The position numbers and the translations under genes were made by a program. The notes beneath the pieces are model-generated. The model was not told the origin of the DNA, searched no databases, and worked only from the letters and a program-made list of their open reading frames with translations. From Armatimonadota bacterium (GTDB lineage: Bacteria > Armatimonadota > Zipacnadia > Zipacnadales > UBA5352), in contig JAYENL010000150.1 of assembly GCA_034722055.1 (NCBI GenBank), forward strand, positions 1 to 34,689: a stretch of DNA of 34,689 nt, read 5' to 3'. How positions within the stretch are numbered: the stretch's first letter is position 1; each line of letters begins with the position of its first letter. Positions 8,268 through 16,032 of this stretch are shown piece by piece.

Positions 8268-10238
8268 ATGGCACCCGAACGCCCGCGGGAGAAGGTCTAT
8301 TACGTCACCACTCCTATCTACTATGTGAACGACAGTCCGCACATCGGCCACACCTACACCACCACAGCGGCGGACGCCGTGGCGCGCTATCAGCGGCTGC
8401 GGGGTGAGGAGGTGGTCTTCGCCACCGGCACCGACGAGCACGCCCAGAAGGTGGTCCGGGCCGCCCAGGACGCCGGGATGGCCCCCGTCGCCTTCTCCGA
8501 CCGCGTGGTGACCGCCTACATCGACGCCTGGGACCGGATGAAGATCTCCTACGACCGCTTCATCCGCACTAGCGAACCCGAGCACGCCAGGGTGGTCGGC
8601 CACGTCTTTGCCCGCCTCCTCGAATCCGGCGACATCTACAAGGACCATTACGAGGGCTGGTACTGCGTGCCGTGTGAGACCTACCTGCGGGAGGAGGAGC
8701 TCGCCGCGGACGGCCGCTGTCCGGACTGCGGGCGGGAGGTGGAGCGGCTCACCGAGGAGGCCTACTTCTTCCGGGCCTCGGCCTACAGCAACGACCTGCT
8801 GCGGGAGATCGAGGCCAATCCCGAGCGCATCCAGCCCGACAGCCGCCGCAACGAGGTGCTGTCATTCATCCGCGGCGGCCTCAACGACACCTGCGTCAGC
8901 CGCAGCAATCAGGGCTGGGGGGTGCCGGTCCCCGGCGACGAGGAGCACGTGGTCTACGTGTGGTTCGACGCGCTGATCAACTACCTGACTGTGGCGGGCT
9001 ACTCGGTGGACGATGAGCGGTTCGGCCGCGTCTGGCCGCCGAACCTGCAGCTCATGGGCAAGGATATCATCACCCGCTTCCACGGCAGCATGTGGCTTGC
9101 CATGCTCATGGCGCTGGAGGTGGAGCTGCCCGACGTGCTGTTCGCGCACGGCTGGTGGGTGTCCGCCGAGGGCGACAAGATCAGCAAGTCCCGGGGCAAC
9201 GTCATCGACCCCTGGGCGGAGGCGGAGCTGCTGGTGGAGGAGTCCGGGTGCACCACCGACGTGGCCGTGGATGCCGTCCGCTACCATATGTTCCGCGAGG
9301 TGACCTTCGGGCTGGACGGGACGTTCTCATCCGAGGGGCTGCTGTCGCGCTTCAACGCCGACCTGGCCAACGATCTGGGGAACCTGCTCAACCGCACGCT
9401 GCCGCTGGTGGAGCGCTACCTGGACGGGAGGCTGGAGCAGCCCGGGCCCGGTGCCGGTGAGCTGGCCGACCGGGCGGGCACGGCGGTGGCGCGGGCGGAG
9501 GAGGGCTACCGGACGCTGGACCTGCGTGGGATGCTGGAGGGCGTCTGGGAGCTGCTGGGCGCCGCCAACAAGTTCGTGGACGAGCGCGCCCCGTGGGACC
9601 TGCACCGGCAGGGCAAGAAGGTGGAGCTGGCCGCGGTGCTGTATGATGTCATCGACACCATCCGCATCGCGGCCCTCATGATCGCTCCGGTCATGCCCAC
9701 GGTGGCTGAGGAGATCTGGCGCCAGATTGGGCTGGAGGAGGCCGGGGTTGAGATGAGCTGGGCCGATGCGGAGGCGGGGAAGATGCCCGCGGGGGTGGAG
9801 GTGCACCGCGGCCGGCCGATCTTCCCGCGCATCGACCTGGAGCGCGTCCGCCAGCGGGCCGCCGGCGAGCCGGAGGAGACCGAGGAGATGGTCGAGGAGC
9901 AGAAGGGCGAGGCCATGATCAGCTTCGACGAGTTCCAGAGGATGGACCTGCGCATCGCCAAGGTGCTCGACGCCGACCCGGTGGAGGGCACCGACACGCT
10001 GCTGAAGCTGGTGCTCGACGCCGGGGAGGAGGAGCCGCGGCAGGTGGTGGCGGGCCTCGCCGAGCACTTCTCGCCACGGGAGCTGATCGGGGAGCACGTG
10101 GTGCTGGTCGCCAACCTGGAGCCGGCGACCATCCGGGGCATTCAGTCCCAGGGCATGATCCTGGCGGCGGGCGAGGACGAGCCGCTGGCGCTGATCGTGC
10201 CCGATCGCGAGGTCGAGCCGGGCGAGAAGGTGCGCTAG
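8268..10238 (+). CDS. metG: Methionine--tRNA ligase with C-terminal tRNA-binding (Trbp111-like) domain
   Basis: YVTTPIYYVN, HIGH, GTDEH, CVPC/CPDC zinc knuckle, YVWFDAL, KISKS, LANDLGNL; C-terminal NLEPATIRGIQSQGMIL. Confidence 0.97.
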   Translation: MAPERPREKVYYVTTPIYYVNDSPHIGHTYTTTAADAVARYQRLRGEEVVFATGTDEHAQKVVRAAQDAGMAPVAFSDRVVTAYIDAWDRMKISYDRFIRTSEPEHARVVGHVFARLLESGDIYKDHYEGWYCVPCETYLREEELAADGRCPDCGREVERLTEEAYFFRASAYSNDLLREIEANPERIQPDSRRNEVLSFIRGGLNDTCVSRSNQGWGVPVPGDEEHVVYVWFDALINYLTVAGYSVDDERFGRVWPPNLQLMGKDIITRFHGSMWLAMLMALEVELPDVLFAHGWWVSAEGDKISKSRGNVIDPWAEAELLVEESGCTTDVAVDAVRYHMFREVTFGLDGTFSSEGLLSRFNADLANDLGNLLNRTLPLVERYLDGRLEQPGPGAGELADRAGTAVARAEEGYRTLDLRGMLEGVWELLGAANKFVDERAPWDLHRQGKKVELAAVLYDVIDTIRIAALMIAPVMPTVAEEIWRQIGLEEAGVEMSWADAEAGKMPAGVEVHRGRPIFPRIDLERVRQRAAGEPEETEEMVEEQKGEAMISFDEFQRMDLRIAKVLDADPVEGTDTLLKLVLDAGEEEPRQVVAGLAEHFSPRELIGEHVVLVANLEPATIRGIQSQGMILAAGEDEPLALIVPDREVEPGEKVR

Positions 10239-10241
10239 GCC

Positions 10242-11822
10242 GTGGCAATCCAGCAGCAACGGGGTCCGTCCGTGCGCAAGAGCAAGCGCAAGGTGACGCT
10301 GCAGGTGGTGGGCATCGCGCTGGCCATGGGGGCCATAGCGGTGCTGGTGGCGCTGCGCGGGACCGATAGCGTGGCCGTGCACCTGTTCTACCTGCCGATC
10401 ATCTACGCCGGCTTCGTCTTCGGGGATACCGGCGCCGTGGCGGCGGCGGTGGCGGGGGCAGCGCTCTGCGGGCCCTGGATGGCCGCCGACTACGTGGTTC
10501 ACGGGGACTCCACGCGAGCGGTGCCCCAGACGTGGTGGGACATCGGCCTGCGCACCGCCGTCTTCTACGTCGTGGGCGTGTTCGCATCGCGGGTGTCGCG
10601 GACCATCGAGAAGCGCGCCAATGAGATGCAGACCCTCTACGAGGTGGCGCGCACGATATCGTCATCGCTGCGCCTGCGGGAGGTGCTCGACGCCATCGCC
10701 CAGCAGGCGGTCTCGGCCATGGACGCCCGGGCCTGTTCCATCCGGCTGCTCGACCTCGAGACGGGGGAGCTGCAGCGGGCCGCCTCGGCGGGGCTGAGTG
10801 AGAAGTACTGGGGGAAGGGGCCGGTGACGGTGGAGGAGAGCGGCCTCGACCGGCGGGTGCTGGAGGGCGAGACCGTCGCCATCCTCGACGCCCAGACCGA
10901 TCCGCGGTGGCAGTACTCTGAGGCCGCCCGCGAGGAGGGCCTCACCTCCGTGCTGAGCCTGCCCCTGCGCGCCCGAGACAGCATCCTGGGGGTCATGCGC
11001 ATCTACGCCCACCGCAAGCGCGACTTCAGCGCTGAGGAGGTGGAGGTGCTCAGCGCCTTCGCCCACGGGGCTGCAGTGGCCATCGAGAACGCGGAGCTTT
11101 ATGAGGAGAGCCGCCGGGGCTACTTCGAGACCGTGCGGGCGCTGACCATCGCCATCGAGGCCCGGGACTCCGCCACCTACTCCCACTCCGAGCGGGTGAC
11201 CGAGCTGGCCGACGACCTGGCCGAGGAGCTGGGGATGCCGGAGGAGGACCGGGAGGTGCTGCGCTTCGGCTGCATCCTCCATGATATCGGCAAGATCGGC
11301 ATCGAGGAGCGGATGCTCGACGCCCGCGACACCGACGACGCCGAGCACATCTTCTACCGAATGCACCCCCTCATCGGCCGCTCAATCCTCCACCCGGTCA
11401 GCTTTGCCCAGGAGTTCATGCCCATTGTGATCCACCACCACGAGCGGTGGGACGGGCGGGGCTTCCCCGAGGGCCTGGAGGGCGAGGAGATTCCCTACAT
11501 GGCGCGGCTGGTGGCGGTCGTGGATTCCTATGAGCGCGCCGTCAACCCCACGGAGTCTCCGATGCCAGCCGGCCCTGAGGAGGCGCTGCGCAGCATCGTC
11601 CGCGGCTCCGGCACGGCCTACGATCCGGAGATCGTCACCGCCTTCGCGCGCATGATGCGCCGCAAGATCGAGGAGGGGGAGGAGGCCGGCAAGGCCCCCG
11701 GAGACATGCTCGAGGACGAGGACCGGGACATCGACTCCTACATCGAGGAGGCCATCAACGACGTCTCGTCGCTGAAGGCCGATCATGGCGGGGCGGAGCC
11801 CGAGGAAGCGGGGGAGGAGTGA
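10242..11822 (+). CDS. Membrane-anchored GAF + HD-GYP-like phosphohydrolase
   Basis: About four N-terminal TM helices, a GAF domain (SVLSLPL...GVMRIY...AVAIENAELY), then HSERV, LHDIGKIG and HHERWDGRGFP. Confidence 0.88.
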   Translation: MAIQQQRGPSVRKSKRKVTLQVVGIALAMGAIAVLVALRGTDSVAVHLFYLPIIYAGFVFGDTGAVAAAVAGAALCGPWMAADYVVHGDSTRAVPQTWWDIGLRTAVFYVVGVFASRVSRTIEKRANEMQTLYEVARTISSSLRLREVLDAIAQQAVSAMDARACSIRLLDLETGELQRAASAGLSEKYWGKGPVTVEESGLDRRVLEGETVAILDAQTDPRWQYSEAAREEGLTSVLSLPLRARDSILGVMRIYAHRKRDFSAEEVEVLSAFAHGAAVAIENAELYEESRRGYFETVRALTIAIEARDSATYSHSERVTELADDLAEELGMPEEDREVLRFGCILHDIGKIGIEERMLDARDTDDAEHIFYRMHPLIGRSILHPVSFAQEFMPIVIHHHERWDGRGFPEGLEGEEIPYMARLVAVVDSYERAVNPTESPMPAGPEEALRSIVRGSGTAYDPEIVTAFARMMRRKIEEGEEAGKAPGDMLEDEDRDIDSYIEEAINDVSSLKADHGGAEPEEAGEE

Positions 11823-11826
11823 TTGC

Positions 11827-13353
11827 ATGCGCACCGCCGTGAAGCTGTCGATGGTCGCCGCACTGGTGGCGGCGGCCCTGGGGCTGGCCTCCTGCTCGCA
11901 GATGGTTCAGCCCCCTCCGACTCCCGAGGAGCTTGAGCAGTTGGTCGGCACCGAGTGGTACAGCGTCCTCATCTTCGGGCAGCCCTCCGGCTACGCCCGC
12001 ATCGAGGCCGAGGTCATCGAGGGGCCCGACGGCTCCCACATGCGCACCAGCGAGGACGTGAAGGTCCTCGTCAACCTCCTGGGGCAGAGCCGGGAGGTCT
12101 CCAAGTCCCAGATCACCGAGTACGATCAGCAGTTCCGGCCCGTCAGCATCAAGCTGGTCAAGAACGAGCTGGGCCGGCCGGTGCGGGCCGAGGCGCGGCT
12201 CGCGCACGGCGAGCTGGTGGTGCGGACGAGCACGGAGGGGGACTCCGGCGCCCCCGCCAGGGTGGACACCTTCGAGGTCCCTGACGACCTGGCCTCAGAC
12301 CTCATCCTCGGCGTCAAGCTCCTCCGCGGCAAGCTGGACGTGGGCGACACGGTGGAGTACTCCGTCTATGACCCGGAGATCAACGTCATCGATCGCCACA
12401 TCGTCACCGTGGACCGCCGTGAGAGCGTGGACGACACCGAGGCCCTGGTGGTGAAGGCCGCCAGCGAGGAGCTGGGCATCGAGGTGGTGAGCTGGATCGC
12501 CGGGGACGGAACCATGCTGCGCCAGAGGGCGCCGGGGCTCATGGACCTGACCCTCGAGCGCGTCACTGAGGAGGAGGCCCTGGCGAGCCTGGCGCCCTTC
12601 GAGCTGAGCAATGTCATCGAGGTGGAGCATCACCTGCCGCTGGTCCGCAGCGTCAAGGAGGTCCGCCTGCGCGTGATCCGCAACCTGGGCGAGGCGGCGG
12701 AGCTGATCCCTCAGACGCGCCGGCAGACGGTGACCCCGGACGGCCAGCAGGCCAGCGTCACCATCAGCCGGGAGCGGCCCCCCGAGGACTCCCTGCCGCT
12801 GCCCATCACCGAGGAGTCTATGGCGGAGTACCTGCAGCCGAACAAGTACCTGCAGTGCGATGATGCCGGGCTGGTGGAGACCGCGCAGGAGATTGTCGGG
12901 GACGAGACCGACGCCTGGGGCGCGGCTCAGAAGCTGTGCTCGTGGGTGCACCGGGAGGTGGAGAAGGTGCAGAGCGAGCCGCGGCCCGTCACCGCGCTGG
13001 AGGTGCTGGACGAGATGCGCGGCGACTGCACCGAGCACGCCATCCTGCTGGCGGCCCTGGGCCGGGCGGTGGGCCTGCCCACGCGGATGGTCACGGGTCT
13101 GGCCTACGTCGGCGGGAAGTTCGGCTACCACGCCTGGACCGAGGTCTACGTGGGGCGCTGGGTGGAGATGGACCCGGCGTGGGGCGAGATGACCGCGGAT
13201 GCGGGGCATGTGCTGATCTACTCCAGCTCCCTGGAGCAGGCTGAGTGGGCGCGGGCGTCGCTGGCCACCGGCCGGACCATCGGCGCCATCGAGATGGAGC
13301 TGCTGGGGTACACGAAGGCCGACGGTGAGAGCGTGGGGTTCGACGAGTGGTGA
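11827..13353 (+). CDS. Transglutaminase-like superfamily lipoprotein (Cys-His-Asp triad)
   Basis: Signal peptide with lipobox LASC; GDCTEHA, YHAWTEVY, WVEMDPAW; ATG 4 nt after the HD-GYP stop. Confidence 0.88.
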   Translation: MRTAVKLSMVAALVAAALGLASCSQMVQPPPTPEELEQLVGTEWYSVLIFGQPSGYARIEAEVIEGPDGSHMRTSEDVKVLVNLLGQSREVSKSQITEYDQQFRPVSIKLVKNELGRPVRAEARLAHGELVVRTSTEGDSGAPARVDTFEVPDDLASDLILGVKLLRGKLDVGDTVEYSVYDPEINVIDRHIVTVDRRESVDDTEALVVKAASEELGIEVVSWIAGDGTMLRQRAPGLMDLTLERVTEEEALASLAPFELSNVIEVEHHLPLVRSVKEVRLRVIRNLGEAAELIPQTRRQTVTPDGQQASVTISRERPPEDSLPLPITEESMAEYLQPNKYLQCDDAGLVETAQEIVGDETDAWGAAQKLCSWVHREVEKVQSEPRPVTALEVLDEMRGDCTEHAILLAALGRAVGLPTRMVTGLAYVGGKFGYHAWTEVYVGRWVEMDPAWGEMTADAGHVLIYSSSLEQAEWARASLATGRTIGAIEMELLGYTKADGESVGFDEW

Positions 13354-13417
13354 CGTGCGCGATTCCACGTATGTTGACGACGAGCACGCTCAGCGCCTGG
13401 ACGCCCGGAAGGTGCGC

Positions 13418-13510
13418 GTTGGGCCTGGTGGAGGGGCCGCCGGGCGCGTAGCGCCCGGTGAGGCCTGTGAGCCTAGCGAACAGGCCGAAGGTTCCGCCCC
13501 GGCCCACAAC
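13418..13510 (+). repeat. Multi-hairpin GC-rich element (REP/miniature-element-like or ncRNA)
   Basis: Hairpins ccgggcgc-gta-gcgcccgg (13440-13458) and ggcctgt-gagcctagcga-acaggcc (13462-13486), closed by an imperfect outer stem. Confidence 0.45.
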
Positions 13511-13555
13511 TCAGCACGAGCCCGCCGTTGAAGCCGCGGCGTGTGGGCCTCCTCG

Positions 13556-13686
13556 CTCGTCGCTTGTAGCTCGTGGCTGGTACAAGATGGCAGTCGGGTT
13601 GGAAGCCCGACCTACGCGGAAGAGGGAGCTGTCGCGGTCATTCGTCGTTAGCTCGTTGCTCGTAGCTTGTCGCTCGTCGCTTGCAG
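13556..13686. repeat. Two degenerate heptamer tandem arrays (consensus CTYGTNG)
   Basis: ctcgtcg-cttgtag-ctcgtgg-ctggtac (13556-13583) and ctcgttg-ctcgtag-cttgtcg-ctcgtcg-cttgcag (13652-13686). Confidence 0.75.
13593..13615 (-). repeat. GTAG-type REP element
   Basis: Minus strand reads GTAG-GTCGGG-cttccaa-CCCGAC: a GTAG tetranucleotide followed by a palindrome. Confidence 0.65.
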
Positions 13687-13707
13687 CTCCCGCTAAGCGG
13701 GACACGG

Positions 13708-13733
13708 AATGCAGGCGAGGGCGCCTGCATTAC
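13708..13733 (-). repeat. Second REP-like palindrome (GTAA-type)
   Basis: Minus strand reads GT-AATGCAGGCG-ccct-CGCCTGCATT. Confidence 0.55.
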
Positions 13734-13826
13734 TGAACGTGGGGGGCCGAGTCGGAGTTGAGGAGACACACCGCCGTGCCGTCGGATAGTACGCGAGATT
13801 CCGCCACTCAGCACAGGAGGAGTGAG

Positions 13827-15011
13827 ATGAGGGGGCTGGCAGCGGTTCTCATGACGATGCTGCTCGCCTGCCCGGCGCTGTGCCAGGAGCAGGCCGAGGA
13901 GCCGCCGGCGCCTCAGGGCGAGGGCGAGCTGGTCATCGCGCGGGCCGTCTGGCCCGACCATGATCTGAGCAACACCGTTTACCGGGTCTTCTCCGACCAG
14001 GCCATGAAGCAGCTTGTCGATGCCTTCCCCGCCGGCGGCGCCGGGGGCGCGGCCGGCATGGTCCTGGACCCCGGCGACTACTACCTCATGGCCGTGGTCG
14101 ATGCCAACGGCAACGGCGTGCCGGACGCCGGCGACGGCCTGGGCTTCTACGGCGTGGAGACCCTCTCCAGCCAGGCCCGCCCTCAGCCGCTTCAGGTCCG
14201 CGAGGGCTTCGTCGGCACCGCCACAGTGCCCATCCTGGTGCGAATGACCGAGGGCAATCAGCTCGAGGCGCTGCCCTGGGCCGTGGCCATGACGCGGGGG
14301 ACGCTCAGCGGCACTGTGACGGGAAGCGAGTTGCCCGTGGTGGTGGCGCTTCTGCCGGTGGCCGAGGACGGGCGCGCGTTCGCCGCGCTGGCGGCCGAGG
14401 ACGGCAGCTTCTCCGTCACCGCCGCGCCCGGTGTATACCGCGTCATCGCCGTCGCCGACGGGGACGAGGATCAGCACGCCTCCGACGGCGACCTCGTGGC
14501 CCTTCGGGGCTGGGGTGAGGAGGATCCCGCGGAGGTCGTCGCCGATGAGGACCTGCCGGTCGGCGAGCTGGCGCTCGCGGCGGGCGCTCCGCCCGAGGAG
14601 CTGCCCCCACTGGTGGCCGGCCGCGTGCTGCACGCCGGGCTTGACGAGGGCGGCAGCATCACCGTGGCGTTCTGCGCCGAGCAGGCCATGCAGAGGGAGG
14701 TAGCGACGCTACGCGCCACGGCCGACGGCCGCTTCGCGGGGACGGTCGAGCCGGCGACCTACTACCTGCGCGCCACCGTCGATCAGAGGAGCGATGACGC
14801 CCTCGGGCCCGGGGACATGTTGGGCTTCTACGGCGTGTCGGACCTGATGACCGAGAGGCGGCCGCAGGCCCTGAGCTTGACCACGAACGCCCTGATCACC
14901 GGCATCACCATTCCCATCACCGCCCGGATCAGCGAGGAGGGCAGCCTCACCGCCTACCAGTCTGAGGAGGCCGCCGACACCGCGCCTGCCGACGATGCTG
15001 GAGATCAATGA
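13827..15011 (+). CDS. Secreted protein with three internal beta-sandwich repeats carrying Asp-rich (Ca-binding-like) loops
   Basis: AGGAGG RBS and signal peptide; repeats PGDYYLMAVVDANGNGVPDAGDGLGFYG, PGVYRVIAVADGDEDQHASDGD and PATYYLRATVDQRSDDALGPGDMLGFYG. Confidence 0.75.
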   Translation: MRGLAAVLMTMLLACPALCQEQAEEPPAPQGEGELVIARAVWPDHDLSNTVYRVFSDQAMKQLVDAFPAGGAGGAAGMVLDPGDYYLMAVVDANGNGVPDAGDGLGFYGVETLSSQARPQPLQVREGFVGTATVPILVRMTEGNQLEALPWAVAMTRGTLSGTVTGSELPVVVALLPVAEDGRAFAALAAEDGSFSVTAAPGVYRVIAVADGDEDQHASDGDLVALRGWGEEDPAEVVADEDLPVGELALAAGAPPEELPPLVAGRVLHAGLDEGGSITVAFCAEQAMQREVATLRATADGRFAGTVEPATYYLRATVDQRSDDALGPGDMLGFYGVSDLMTERRPQALSLTTNALITGITIPITARISEEGSLTAYQSEEAADTAPADDAGDQ

Positions 15012-15961
15012 TGCCGCTGCAGCAGCTTCGAGGCATGCGACTGGCAGTCCTGATGGGCGGGCGGTCCGGGGAGCGGGAGGTGTCGCTGCGTTCGGGGGCG
15101 GGAGTGCTGGCCGCCCTGCGCCGCCAGGGCTTTGACGCCGTGGAGATCGACCCGGGACCGGACCTGGTGACACAGCTCCGGCAGGCCGGGGCGGAGGTGG
15201 TCTTCAACGTCCTGCATGGGGGCGCCGGAGAGAATGGGGCCATCCAGGGCGTGCTGGAGGTCGCGGGCATCCCCTACACCGGCTGCGGCGTGCTCGCCAG
15301 CGCCCTGACCATGGACAAGGTGCAGAGCAAGCGCATCTTCGGGGCCGTGGGCGTGCCCACCCCGCCGCACGTGCACTTCGACGGCCGGCGCTCCGCCGAG
15401 GAGTTCGCGCAGCAGGCCATCGAGAGCTTCGGACTCCCGGCGGTCACCAAGCCCCGGGCGGAGGGCTCGTCGCTGGGCGTGTCCATCCCCAAGAGTCGGG
15501 AGCAGCTCATCGAGGCCGTGGCCTCGATCCGGGCGCGCTACGGCGAGGGGATTATCGACAGGTTCATTCCGGGCACGGAGATCACCGTGGGCATCGTAGG
15601 GGTGGGAGAGAGGACGCGGGCCCTGCCGGTGCTGGAGCTGGTACCCAAGCGGGAGTTCTACGACTACAAGGCCAAGTACACCAAGGGCCTCACCGAGCTG
15701 ATCGCGCCCGCGCGCATCTCCGACGCTTTGACCGCCCGGAGCCAGGAGCTGGCGCTGAGGGCACATCAGGCGCTGGGCTGCACGGGCGTCAGTCGGGTGG
15801 ACATGCACATCGAGACGGACGGGACCTGCTGGGTGCATGAGATCAACTCCGTGCCGGGAATGACGGAGACCTCGGACCTGCCCCACGCCGCGGCGGCGGA
15901 GGGCGTGGGCTATGATGAGCTGGTGCTGCAGATACTGGAGTCCGCCACCATCAGGATGTGA
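15008..15961 (+). CDS. ddl: D-alanine--D-alanine ligase
   Basis: VLMGGRSGEREVSLRSG, LHGGAGENGAIQG, MDKVQSK, EGSSLGV, FYDYKAKY (Tyr omega loop), EINSVPGMT. Confidence 0.96.
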   Translation: MMPLQQLRGMRLAVLMGGRSGEREVSLRSGAGVLAALRRQGFDAVEIDPGPDLVTQLRQAGAEVVFNVLHGGAGENGAIQGVLEVAGIPYTGCGVLASALTMDKVQSKRIFGAVGVPTPPHVHFDGRRSAEEFAQQAIESFGLPAVTKPRAEGSSLGVSIPKSREQLIEAVASIRARYGEGIIDRFIPGTEITVGIVGVGERTRALPVLELVPKREFYDYKAKYTKGLTELIAPARISDALTARSQELALRAHQALGCTGVSRVDMHIETDGTCWVHEINSVPGMTETSDLPHAAAAEGVGYDELVLQILESATIRM

Positions 15962-16032
15962 CAGTACGGCACCGCCATCCGCTCAGGATTCGTCGCTGTG
16001 CCCGTTGCCTGCCGCACCGGGAGTGTCTGTCA

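Noticed and set aside
13556..13686. Possible CRISPR array
   Set aside because: Units are 7-bp degenerate tandem repeats without unique spacers, and no cas genes are present.
15008..15961. Van-type D-Ala-D-Lac ligase (resistance)
   Set aside because: The omega loop has Tyr (YDYKAKY), typical of D-Ala-D-Ala ligases, and there are no vanH/vanX neighbours.
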